Assembly (NCBI RefSeq): GCF_009834535.1
Contig: NC_045705.1
Coordinates: forward strand, 30,630,001 to 30,694,000
Length of the DNA stretch: 64,000 nucleotides
Source: Camelus ferus
Lineage: Eukaryota
Reading direction: 5' to 3'
The position numbers were made by a program, and so were the translations under genes. The number at the start of each line of letters is the position of its first letter. Position 1 is the first letter of the stretch. Positions 52,698 through 64,000 of this stretch are shown piece after piece. The notes under the pieces are model-generated. The model worked only from the letters and a program-made list of their open reading frames with translations. It ran no database searches and had not been told where the DNA came from.

Positions 52698-54006
52698 AAT
52701 CTTTTTAATTTTAGCCTTTCTAGTGGGTATGAATTCGCCTTTCTAACTCATTGTGGTTTTAATTTGCATTTCCCTGATGACTAATGATGTTGATTGCTTA
52801 TTGACCACTTCCTTTGTGAATGTGCCTCTTCAAATATTTTGCCCATTTTTTAGTGTGTTGTTTGTTTTAATAAATGAGCAGCAGTTCTTTATATATCCTG
52901 GTTGCAGGTCAGATATGTGTGTTGCAAATATTTTTCCCATTCTTTGGTTTGTTTATTTATTTCCTTAGTGGAGATTTTTATTGAGCAAGAGTTTTAAAAG
53001 TGCATTTTGTCAATGTTTTCTTTTATAGTTGGTACCTTCTGGGTCCACTCTAAACAATCTTTGCCTAAACTAAGTTTGTAACAATGTTACTCTACATTTT
53101 ATTCTAAAAGCATTAGAAATTTGGCTTTTATGTTTAGGTATATAATGCATCTTGAATTAATTTTTGTTTGTGGTTTTGAAGTTGAGGTCAGTGTCCTCCC
53201 CCCGCCCCATATGGACAGCTAGTTGTTGTTCCAGCACCATTCTTAGGAAGACTACTTTTCCCACTTAATTGTTTTGATTCCTTAGTAAAAGAAATCAGTT
53301 GACTATACAAATGTGGATGTATTTCTGGATTCTCTATTTTGTTTCACTGACCTATTTTTTGAGATTTAATTTTGACTACTTTAGCTTTATAGAAAGGTAG
53401 TATATACCCTTCAACTTCTGCTTTTTCAAGATTGTTTTGGTTATTAGATGTCCCTTGCATTTCCATACAACTTTTAGAATAAACCTGTCTCTTTCTACTA
53501 AAAAAGCCTAACAAGAATTTGATTGATTGAAGATTGATATGAAGAATCTATAGATCATTTTGGGGAGAATTATCATCTTTACAATATTGAATCTTCCAAT
53601 CTGTGAACATACTACATTTTTTTCTTAGGTCTTCTTTAATTTCTCTCAGCAATACTTTATAGTGTTTAATGTACAGACTGTACACATTTTATTAAATTAT
53701 CTCTAAATATTTCATGGTTTGTGCTACTATTTTAAGTAGTATTTTAAAAATGTATTCACTTTAACAACTTTTCATTGCAAGAACATAGAAATGTAATTGC
53801 TTTTTGTATATTCCTCTCATATTTTGTGACTTAATTCACTTATTAAGTCTCATAGTGTTTTGTAGATTCCTTAGAATCTTCTACAAGCAAAATCATGTCA
53901 TATGCAAATCAGAGGCAGTTTTACTTCTCTTCCTTTCCAGTCTCTGAGGGTTTTGAATTTTTTCTTTCTTTTTGCACAGAGTAGGACCTCATTATAATGT
54001 TAAATA

Positions 54007-54136
54007 TTTATTTTATTTTTTTGAGGGGGGTAAATGATTGAATTTATTTATTTTTAGAGGAGGTATTGGGGATTGAACTTAGGACCTTATGCATACTAAG
54101 CATGTCCTCTAGCGTGTGAGCTATATCCTGCCCCCA
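54007..54136 (-). mobile_element. tRNA-derived camelid SINE with TSD
   Basis: TSD ataatgttaaata (53994-54006) and acaatgttaaata (54137-54149). Confidence 0.9.
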
Positions 54137-54835
54137 ACAATGTTAAATAGAAGTGGTGAGAGCAGATAACATTGCTTTGTTTCCAATCATGGCAGGAAAG
54201 TTTTCAATCTTTCAAATTAAATATGATTTAATTGGTTTTTCATGGATGTCCTTTATTAGGTTGAGGAAGTTTGCTTTTATTTTTAGTTTGCTGAAAATTT
54301 GTATTGTGAATTGGTATTCAATTTTTTATTGTTTTTCTGCATCTTTTGCGATGACACATGATTTTTCCCCTTTATGCTATTAATGTGAATAAATCCACCT
54401 TAGTCATGATTTATTATCATTTTTATATATCTATCATTGGATTTCCCCTTATTAATATTTTGTTAATGATTCTCACATCTGTCTGCATAATATATTTTAG
54501 GCTGCAGTTTTCTTGTATACTTCTGGTGTGAGTGTCAGGATTATACTGGCCTCATAAAATGAGTTTGAAAGTATTTCCTCCTGTCTTTGAAGGTGTTTAT
54601 ATCAGACTGATAACATATCTTTATTAAAAAAATCTCTTTTTCTTGGAAGACTTTTCTGAACTTTTAAATAAGGTTTAATATGTTTCTTATAAACTATTTT
54701 CCTAATACTTTTCATATATATAATTATTAGCTTAAATTCTGTCCTCCTCATTAGATTGTAAGCTTTATGAAGGCATTTATCTGTCTTGCTTCCCCTTGTG
54801 TTCCTAGTATCTAGCAAAGTACTTCATTCAGAGTA

Positions 54836-57520
54836 CAGCTGACCCTTGAACTACATGAGTTTGAACTACATGGGTCCAATAATACACAGATTTTTTTCAA
54901 TAAATATCTTGGAAAATTTTTTGGAGATTTGCAACAATTTGAAAAAAAATTTGCAGAGGAACCATGTAGCCTAGAAATACCTAAAAAATTAAGAAAAAGT
55001 TAGATATGTCATGAATGCATAAAATAAATGTGGAAGGTAATCTACTTTATCATTTACTACTAGAAAAATAGTCAAATCTATTATAAAGAGTTAAAATTTA
55101 TAAAAACTTACGTACACACTTAGAGACCATACATAGCGCCATTCTCAGTCTAAAGAAATGTAAACAAATGTAAAGATGCAGTATCAAATCATAACAGCAT
55201 AAAATTAAGCTGCAGTACCCAGGGTACCACTGTAATAATTTTGTGGCCACCACCTGTTGCTACTGCAGCGAGCTCAAGCATTGCAAGTATCTGCTTAAAA
55301 TGCCGTGTGAGGCTTATCATCTCTGCGTGAGCAGTTGGTCTCCCCAGTAAACTGTGCATTAGTAAAAAGTGATTGTTTGCAGAGCTCACCTATTTTTCAT
55401 CATCTTAGTGCAATATTGTAAACTTTGAATAACACCATTGGACCCATACTAAGTGCCACTAGTGATGCTGGAAGTGCTCCCAAGAAGCAAAGTCATAATA
55501 TGATTTAAAAAAAAAAAAGTTAAATTGCTTGATATGTACTGTAGATTGAGGTCTGCAGCTGCAGTTGCTGGCTATTTCAAGATACATGAAGCCAATTTAA
55601 GGACCGCTCTAGGAAAAAAAAAAAAAGGTAATTCACAAAGTCACTGCAGGTTTAGGTCAGTAGGCATGAAAACTTTACACTTTTGTCGAAATATTGAATA
55701 TTGAATTTTGCATTTTTATCTCATATTGAAAATGCAGCTTTTATGTGGGTGCAGGATTGCTATGAGGCAAACACATAGGCTGTAGTATGATTCCAGAAAA
55801 AGCGAAGTCATTATATGACATCTTAAAGCAAAAGGAAGGTGAAGGAGCTAAAGCTGGAGAATTTAATGCCAGCAAAGGATGGTTTGATAATTTTAGAAAG
55901 CAGTTTTGCTTACAAAACGTCAAGATCACAAGAGAAGCAGTTTCATCTGACCAAGAGACAGCAGACACACTCCCAGTTACCATTAAGAAAATCATTGAGG
56001 AGAAAGTCTATCTGCCAGAAGGGGTTTTAAATGCAGATGAAAGTGCCCTATTCTGGGGGGGGGGGGGAAATGCCTTAAGGGGCATTTATTAGTAAGGAAG
56101 AGAAGCAAGCACCAGAATTTAAGGCAGGAAGAGATAGGCTAACTCTACTGCTTTGTGCAAATGCAATCAGGTATATGTCAGGATTGCCCTTATCTATAAA
56201 GCTGTTAATTCCCAGATCTTGAAGGGAAAAGATAAACACCAGCTGCCAGTCTTCTGGTTGTACAACAAGAAGGCCTGGACAACAAGAGCCCTTCTTCTGG
56301 ATTGACTTCATCGATGCTCTGGCCCTGAAATCAGGAAGTAACTTACCAGTAAAGGACTGCCTTTTAAAGTTCTTTGATATTGGATAATGCTTCTGGCCAC
56401 CCTGAACCCCATGAGCTCAACACTGAAGGCATCAAAGTGGTCTACTTGCCCCCAACACAATGCTTCTAATTCAGCCTCTAGATCAGAGGATAATAAGGAC
56501 CTTTAAAGCTCATTACACATGGTACTCTATGGAAAGGATTGTCACACAATGAAAGAGAAACCGGAAAGAGAGAACATCGTGAAAGTCTATAAGGATTACA
56601 TGATTGAAGACACCATCGTTGTTATACCAAAAACCATGAAAGCCTGAAACAATAAATTCCTCCTGGAGAAAACTGTGTCCAGATGTTGTACATGACTTTA
56701 TAGGATTTACGACAGAGCCAATCAAGAAAATCATGAAAGAGATTGTGAATATGGAAAAAAAAATAAGGTGTGGGGAGGGGGGAAAGGATTTCAAGAGACA
56801 GATCTTGGAGAAATTCAAGAGCTAATAGATACCACACCAGAGGAATTAATAGAAGGCAACTTGATGGAGACGAGTGCTTCCAAACCAGTACTAGATGACG
56901 AGGAAGAAGATGTAGAAATAGTGCCAGGAAACTACTGACATCACTAAGTCTGGCAGAAGCGTTCCAATTATCCAAGACTGCTTTTGACTTCTTTTATGAC
57001 ATGGACCCTTCTATGATACGGGCACTGAAACTAATGCAAACAGCGGAAGAAGGATTTGTACTATATAGAAACATCTTTGGAGAAATGAAAAAGCAAAGAA
57101 GTAAAAAATTATGATGTATTTCCTTAAGGTTTCATCACATGTACCTGCCTCTCCTGCCTCACCTTCTACCTCTTCCACCTGTTCCACCTCTGCCCACCCC
57201 TGAGCCAGCAAGACCAAATCCCCCCTTCATCCTCATCCTCAGCCTACTCAACATGAAGACCTTTAGGATGACCCACTTCCACTTAATGAATAGTAAATAA
57301 TCATCATGCCATACCGTTGATAAACTTATCTGGGGGGTGTGTGCTGGGGAGGGTGTGTGAAAATCTAATAACTGTCATAAGAACTGTATGAGATGTTTTT
57401 GTGTCATCACCATCATCATTGCCTAAGTATTCATCATGTAAACATTGTGTGCAAGACTAGACCGAAGTAGATAACCTATCCTTACATAAGCATAAGGTGA
57501 GTGATAGTTAACATAAAATT
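54836..57520 (+). mobile_element. Tigger2-type (TcMar/pogo) DNA transposon, near full length, dead transposase, right TIR not found
   Basis: TA target plus left TIR cagctgacccttgaac; ORF remnants FNASKGWFDNFRK (CENP-B HTH), LNADESALFW (first D of DDE), LDNASGH and LIQPLDQ. Confidence 0.9.
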
Positions 57521-57739
57521 AATAAAGAAGGCCTGATTTCAACCCCAGCTCTTTCACCTCTTAGTAAAATGACATCAGGCAAGTTATTTATAAGTCAGAT
57601 TTCCTTATCAGTTAAGTAGAAATAATAAGAGAACCTACTTCATAGGGTAGTCCTGAGGTTTAAATCACATAATGTGTATAAAGCACATGTATCAAAATCA
57701 GTGATAATTGTGAAGAGAGTAATAATGGTCAACTATGGT

Positions 57740-58335
57740 AATGGTGTTAATACCATTTAAGTGAAATAGTCAATGCAAACTTCGTCCCTTTTTGAAGGAA
57801 TTACTGGACTGGTAAATTGGGAGAAAGCTGTGCTTAGTTATATTTATTAGCTATATTTATCATAAGATTATTATAAAATTTATTATATCTGTGTAGTTTA
57901 ATTGGATTTCAAGGAGACCATGACAACATCTCCAGGATATCCTTGTGAACAAGCAGAAATAAGAGGCTGGATGACATATAACTAGCTGAACAATCGTATT
58001 GAAAATGTGCTAATTAATGGGTTCATGTCATGCTGAAGGAAAGACTCCAGAAGCCTAATTCTGGATTATTCTTTTTTTGTTTGTTTGTTTTTTGGGTTTT
58101 TTTTTGGGGGGGTTGGTAATTAGGTTTGTTTATTTTTAGGGGAGGTACTGGGGATTGAACCCAGGACCTCGTACATGCTAAACAAGCATCTTACCACTAG
58201 AGCTATATCCTCCCCCCTGGATTATTCTTTAGCCTACCTTTTTTTTTTTGCATTATTAAATTAGCATTGATAGCAGTCTAATCAAAGATGGGAGAGACAG
58301 CTAATAAGCTACCTGAAAGAAATAGGACCTGAAAA
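57740..58335 (+). mobile_element. L3/CR1 reverse transcriptase fragment, interrupted by a SINE
   Basis: ccctttttgaaggaattactggactggtaaattgggagaaagctgtg...ggatttcaagg...gatatccttgtgaacaag resembles the CR1 RT region SFF..VT.LVD.G.AVD...LDF.KAFD. Confidence 0.6.
58075..58216 (-). mobile_element. tRNA-derived camelid SINE with perfect 14-bp TSD
   Basis: ctggattattcttt at 58061-58074 and 58217-58230. Confidence 0.92.
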
Positions 58336-58520
58336 GTGGTTGTATGATATAGTGCAAAGACTGGGATTGGTGTCATGGCTCTGCCACTACTAGGGTATGG
58401 CCTTGAGTAAATTACTTAACCACCTGCACCTTTGTTTCATTTGCATGAAGATAATACCACCTATTCCATGGTAGTTGTGGGAATAAAAAAGATAATATAT
58501 GTGTATTAGTTAAATGCATA

Positions 58521-59015
58521 TGTATTAGTTATCTACTGCTATATAATATATTACCCCAAAACTTGGAGGCTTAAAACAATAGACATTTATTATGCCACCC
58601 AGTTTCGGAGGGTCAGGAATCCAGGAGCACCTTACTTGGGTGGTACTAGCTCAAGGTCTCTTATCAGGTTGAAATCCAGATTTGAGGTGGGGCTGCAGTC
58701 ATCTGAAGGCTTGAAGGGGACTGGAAGGTCTGCTTCTAAACTCACTCATATTGCTGTTGGCAGGAGGCCTCAGCTCTCCATCATGGTTCCTCATGGTAAG
58801 GTAGTGGCTTCTTCAGAGACAGAGAGCAGGCAGAAAGCGTCGGTACCTTTGATGACTGAGTCTCTGAAGTCATATACTATCACTTTCATTTTATTCTAGT
58901 CTTTAGACATGAATCACTAGGTTTAGCCCATACTCCAGGGAAGGGAATTAGGATCCACCTCTTGGAGGGAGTGGAGTATCCTAGAATTCTGTGGACATAT
59001 CTTAAAACCACCACA
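58521..59015 (-). mobile_element. MLT1F-type MaLR solo LTR inserted into a MIR (58340-58500 and 59016-59080)
   Basis: tgtattagttatctactgct...ggcttaaaacaatagacatttatt...ggacatatcttaaaaccaccaca. Confidence 0.85.
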
Positions 59016-60719
59016 TTATAAAAAGTACCCTGTACAGTGCTTAGCAAACCGTAGGTACTCCATAAATGGTAGTTGTTATTGTGCTGTTACTAATACACAC
59101 CTAATACATTTGGTCCTTACTATAAAGCCATTGTCAGCAGGACAAGGAAAATTCATGGTTTTTTAGTTTCCTGGAAAATACAGAGAAAGAGTTGCCATGT
59201 ATCACTATATTCATTATATCTGTTTTGTAAACTAAAATAAATGAACTATTTTTGTACTGCATATGTTGCATTAAGAACGGAACTGATAAAAATAAATTTC
59301 AGTAACACTTAGCAGGCATACCTAAAATGTATAGTCAGCCTGCAAATACCAGTGACGTGGATAACTTGACTGAGAGTTAATCCAAAAACTGATTTTGTTT
59401 GTTTGTTATAGATACCTATATTTATATTTAAGAAGTATGAGAATTCTTCAGATTTTAATTGTTGTAAACCAACTTGTCCTTCTGAGTGTCCTGCTCTCCT
59501 TTCCATTATGGGCCACAGCTAAGACTGACTGACAGGCCCTCGTGAAGATAAGACGTCCTAGTTCACACACCTTCCCTGAGGGCAAGGAGTAATTTGTGGG
59601 GGAAGTAAAGAAACAAACAAAAAAGTGTATCAGCAAAGGGCTCAATTAAGCAGGAGAGTTGATGTTGATAATAAAAATTTAGAAACAAGAATTAATATGG
59701 CTAAATCACTGGGTAATCTAGATTTCCTCTGTTTATGTATACATATGGACACATAGTGTGCATCGTTAGCCTCAAGGATTGATAATGCTCACTGTAAACA
59801 AAAGCATAAGAACTCTTGAACCCCAGGTGGACAGAGTAATTTACTGGGCCACTTTGGTAAGATAAGATCATTAAATTGAAGATATTGTCACACCCTAAAC
59901 TGGTTAACTCACTAGTGTTTTGATTTGCGTTAATCATTAGACAGATCCTCAGGCTAGTGCCTGACATGGTTCAACTCTCCTTAGCAAGTCACCAACATAG
60001 CAATCAGATTTCTAAGATGCTCAGAACATAGTCACCGGTTTGAAAGTAAATAAAAATGGTCCCCAAGGATCCAGTGTTTACAGAGTTTATATATATCTTT
60101 GTAGGAGAGGCAGAAAGTCTCCCTAGAGTTTCCCAGGGAGGGAGTACATTCACTTACAAATGCATAACCTTCAAGTACAGATCAGGTTAGCAGTGGCAGA
60201 TAAAAAAGTAGTGAAGGATGTCTAAAGTGTTACTTAGCCACACACTGACAGTCGTGATAAATGTCAGAAAAGAGTCACTAGCAATCCAAATAGTGAAGAG
60301 AAAAATCCATACTAAAAACAAACAAGAGAAAATCTATATTCAAAACAAGCCAACAGTATTTTAAGGTCATTTACCATGTCGGGGACATGTAAATGGCTTT
60401 ATTAATCTTTTTGTTCTTTGAGGGTTATCTTTCTGTTATGGCCTAGGGCAATAAGTAATATGTATAATGCTGAACCCGAGTTGATAAACAAAAGGTTACT
60501 TATGTTCATTATCGTCTTTTTGGTAAGCCAAGGAAGTTTGTGATATCATTTAGAGATACGTTTTAAAGTCTTTTTTAAGTTTTGACACTTGAGTAAGCTT
60601 TACTTACCGACTTACGTAGAATGCACATAGAAGAAGGGGTCACTAGGGGCCTCTGGAAAAACTGTACTGATTCAGCATCATGAGGGTTGCACAGCCTGTT
60701 CTGTGAATAATAAAATAAT

Positions 60720-60950
60720 TATAATAATAGCCGTCATTTAATGAGCACTTACCATGCGTTGGGAACTGTATAAAATCGTCACATTCATTACAGTACTGAA
60801 TCTTCTCAATTGCCATTTGAGAAAGTACTATTATTATCACCATTTTAAAGACGAGGAAATTAAGGCATAGCAGTTAAGTAATTTGTGTGACATTGTTCAT
60901 CTAGTAAACAGCAGAGCCCAGAATCAAACTGAGGTCTGAGTACCTCCATT
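60720..60950 (-). mobile_element. MIR SINE
   Basis: atttaatgagcacttaccatg...cattttaaagacgaggaaattaaggca. Confidence 0.8.
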
Positions 60951-61107
60951 CAGGTTTATCATCTCAGTCCAAGTGTGTTGTAGTGATGAGGAATGTCCTT
61001 TCTGAGGAGGAATGATATTGTACCTTCTAACTTATTTCCAAAGAATGAGTGATGATCCCCTCCTATATTTCTTACTTATTCATGTGGCCCTTTATTCTCT
61101 CTCACTC

Positions 61108-61583
61108 TGTGGTAGGCTGAGTAATGGCCCAAAGTTATCCGGGTCCTAATCCCGGGCACCTGTGAATGTTACCTGTCATGGCAAGAAGAACTCTGCAGAT
61201 GTGATTAAGTTAAGGATCATGAGCTAGGGGGATTATCCTGGATTATCCAGGTGGACTCTAAGTGTAATCACAGGTGACCTTATAAGAGGCAGACTGAGGG
61301 AGATTTGATGACAGAAGAGGAAAAAGGCAATGTGAAAGCCAGAAGCAGTGAACAGGGGAAAGTGATGTGATGTGGGGCTACAAGCCAAGGAGTGGGGGCA
61401 CCTCTAGATGGCAAAGCCAGACATAGATTCTCCCCAAACCTCCAGAAGGAAGCAGCTCTGCTGACACCTTGATGTCAGCCCTGTTAAGATTCATTTTACA
61501 CTTATGGCCTCCAGGGCTATAAGAGAAAAAATTTCAGTAGTTTCAAGCTACCAAGTTTGTGGCAGCCATAGGAATCTCATACA
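61108..61583 (+). mobile_element. MLT1D-type MaLR solo LTR with 5-bp TSD
   Basis: tgtggtaggctgagtaatggccc...ggaatctcataca; CACTC at 61103-61107 and 61584-61588. Confidence 0.92.
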
Positions 61584-61739
61584 CACTCCATATTACTGGC
61601 TTCATGGTTGTTTGTTTCATACTTTGTCCTTATATTTTTTCCTACTTTTTGTAACTATTTTATTACTTTTCTGAATTCAATTGTAAAGTGTGGGAATAAT
61701 GTATATGTAAAAGCATTATTTCAGATCACGTTTAGAGAG

Positions 61740-62263
61740 GAGCGTGGAGTTTAGTGAAGCTACTCCATGCCATTGCTGCCTTGGCATCCGTTTATCTGAC
61801 CTACAGAGACCTTAAGATGATAGCATCCCCCTCATGCAAGCGCACTTCTAGGTGACAGCCTGCAGAGTCACAAGCAAGTGTAACTTCCTGACATGACTTT
61901 CCCAGCGGCCCTGGTGATCAAAGGGCCTCAAAGGGCTTTCACCTTGTATGTCCCTTAGATAAGGCCCCAGAGGGAGTTTACCAAAAGCCCACTCTTGTTT
62001 GAATTGACCAATCCAGCCTTAGCCCAGGAGCCCCAAAGTTCACCACCCACAGACCCTAATAAAGGCTTGTTGCCCCAGGTCCTATCATTCTCTGTCTGCA
62101 CTCTGCCCTGACCTCCCTCTGTGGCCCCTTGAGGTATGCTTTGTGCTTCCTCCAGGACCTGTCAGTAATAAACATCTCTATTTCAGTTTCTTTTGTGATC
62201 TGTTGTTGAACAAGACTCATCATCTGGTACCCTATGCTCCACTTAACAGATGTTGATTTAACA
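61740..62263 (+). mobile_element. ERV-type LTR, family unassigned
   Basis: CCAAT box (gaccaatcc), aataaa-type TATA, pyrimidine-rich R region, AATAAA at about 62167, ends ...tttaaCA; 5' boundary uncertain. Confidence 0.55.
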
Positions 62264-62622
62264 AAGAGGTATTTTGTTTTGAGAGAATAGCCTATCCTGT
62301 GGTTTTCCCATATCCCAGCCTTTCCTGTGGCTGCAGTAGAAAAGGGAAAGTGATAGGACCAATGTTGCTATATGGATAATGAAGGAAACCTTTTCAGGAT
62401 TGGGGATCAACACGTTTATAGAAAAATGTCAAGTAATAAGAGTCAAGTCAGTTAATCAAGTCCCACCCACATCTCTGACTAGAAATACAGTAGATTTCCC
62501 CTACACCTCTTCATTTAAAAAATGTTCAAACCTACAAAAAGGTTATGAGAGTAGTATAAACTCACCTGTATGCCCTTCACCTGGATTCACCAAATGCTTA
62601 CATTTGTTACATTTGTGCACCA

Positions 62623-62646
62623 TAGGTAGGTAGGTAGGTAGATAGA

Positions 62647-62678
<32 letters not shown>
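62623..62678. repeat. Compound tetranucleotide STR (TAGG)4(TAGA)7(CAGA)3 inside an L1MC-type 3' end (about 62510-62965, -)
   Basis: Directly visible. Confidence 0.95.
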
Positions 62679-62999
62679 TCATCTGAAACTAAGTTACAAG
62701 AATATGACACTTAACCCTTACATACTGAATCTCCTAAAAGTAAGAATATTCCCCTCCTCTCCTGCATAACCCCAATGTCATTGTCACATTTAAGAAAATA
62801 AACAATAATTCCATAACATAATCTAACATCCAGTGCAAATTACAATTTCCCCAGTTCTTCTCAAATATATGTAAAGCTGTTTGTTTTTTGACCCAGGATC
62901 GAATCAAGGTTTACACACTGTACCTGGTAATGTCTCTTTAGTTTCTTTTAATCTGGAGCAAACATTGTACGATTTTGTTTTTAATGACACATTTTCTTG

Positions 63000-63145
63000 T
63001 GTTTTGCCTGACCCTCCCTGCACACAGGGACAGGGACTTGGGTCCTTCTTGTGCATTGCTATATCCTCAGCTTTGAGAATGGTGCCTGGCCCTTATTAAG
63101 ACTCAGTAAATATTTGTTGAATAAATAGATGAGTGAATGAATAAG
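63000..63145 (+). mobile_element. L2 3' end
   Basis: ggtgcctggc...ctcagtaaatatttgttgaataaatagatgagtgaatgaa. Confidence 0.8.
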
Positions 63146-63379
63146 CAATACAAGTATAATGAGTGTCATGAAAGGTGATTTAGAGGATGCCAAGGGGGCT
63201 GAGAATCTGATCTGTTGTTGTTTGTGTAACTCTCTATGTTCCAGGGTTACATGTTCCGGCAACAGGCTCATTTTACAAATTAAATGGGAAATTATAAATA
63301 TAATAAATATAAATAAAAGTTGACTTTTAAAGATACCCAACTGAAAAAGTTGGTCAAGAAAAAGAGGCATGGTAACATG

Positions 63380-63900
63380 CAACTTACCAGTAAAACGACA
63401 AGAGACTTAAATTGAGTATTGGGCAGCAGGCTGATGTGACTGCCGGGAAGCTCAACTAGCCTTAGATTAACACAGAAATAACAGAAGCCATAAGGAGAGG
63501 GTGATTATTCTGCTCTATTTATTCATCCTTTCATTCAACAAGTGTTTATTGAGTGCCTACTGTATGCCAGTCACGATTTTATAGATTCTTGAAGGTCATC
63601 TTTTTTAGCCATGCGATCATAATAGAGGAGCAGTCACCATTTCTTTTTGAGATAAAAGAAAGTAAAACCATCGTGTTATTTGGAGATATTTTTATTTTAT
63701 TGATTGACTTAAAATTGCTTCTTTTCAGCTCATCACTCTAATTAGAGAAATAAATTTCAGACAAGGAAATGGCCTACTGATGGCATAGTCCAGACAAAAT
63801 ACAGTGATCATTGCATCTTTTTCCTGAAAGAACTTTCCCATGATTGTTTAGTGCAGCCTGGAGAGCCTTTTGTGACACTTCAAAATCACTGAGGGGAAAA
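63380..63900 (+). mobile_element. L3/CR1 post-RT fragments
   Basis: cagcaggctgatgtgactgcc...gagggtgattattctgctctat resembles the L3 3' ORF2 region. Confidence 0.45.
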
Positions 63901-64000
63901 AAGGGACCGAGCTGGGTCAGATTTTAAAGGACGTGAGGGGTGAGTCTTGTTTCAGTTGCTAATGTTAGACAGGATTTCATTTGTGAACTTTGTTCTCTTG

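Larger units (their letters stand above)
52321..54600 (-). mobile_element. Older L1MB-type element hosting the U6/L1 chimera and a SINE
   Basis: gtggttttaatttgcatttccctgatgactaatgatg...aatattgaatcttccaatc...ggcctcataaaatgagttt. Confidence 0.85.

Noticed and set aside
55787..56975. Tigger ORFs as a TIGD-like domesticated gene
   Set aside because: Multiple frameshifts and stops, embedded in the transposon with its TIR.
59095..59300. AATAAA-containing segment as a processed pseudogene 3' UTR
   Set aside because: No poly-A tail, TSD or recognisable parent gene.
1..64000. CRISPR array, operon or other prokaryote-like system
   Set aside because: The sequence is mammalian intron, with no repeat-spacer arrays or gene clusters seen.

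Overview
This is mammalian, AT-rich, repeat-dense genomic DNA, most likely camelid, inferred from four copies of a tRNA-Ala(AGC)-derived SINE of the camelid vic-1 type. The window lies inside the gene CSTPP1 (C11orf49), on the + strand. Only one coding exon is present (32367-32497, encoding FNSVCQGTHILFREFSFIQATPHNRASFLRAFWRCFRTVGKNG), flanked by about 32 kb of intron on each side. The rest is mostly decayed transposable elements: L1 of several ages, L2, L3/CR1, MIR, MaLR/ERVL LTRs, a nearly full Tigger2, and hAT elements. Nearly all ORFs in the track are spurious or TE-derived. I found no convincing undescribed multi-gene system. The most interesting items are a candidate alternative last exon at about 4.0-4.2 kb, a U6/L1 chimeric retrocopy lacking the U6 catalytic core, an L1-mobilised retrocopy of an RNA polyadenylated in an MLT1 LTR, a short L1 3' transduction, a tailless SINE insertion, a MaLR provirus with mismatched LTRs, and one L3/CR1 element scattered over about 16 kb. 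Repeat subfamily names come from recalled consensus sequences rather than a database search, and boundaries without TSDs are approximate.
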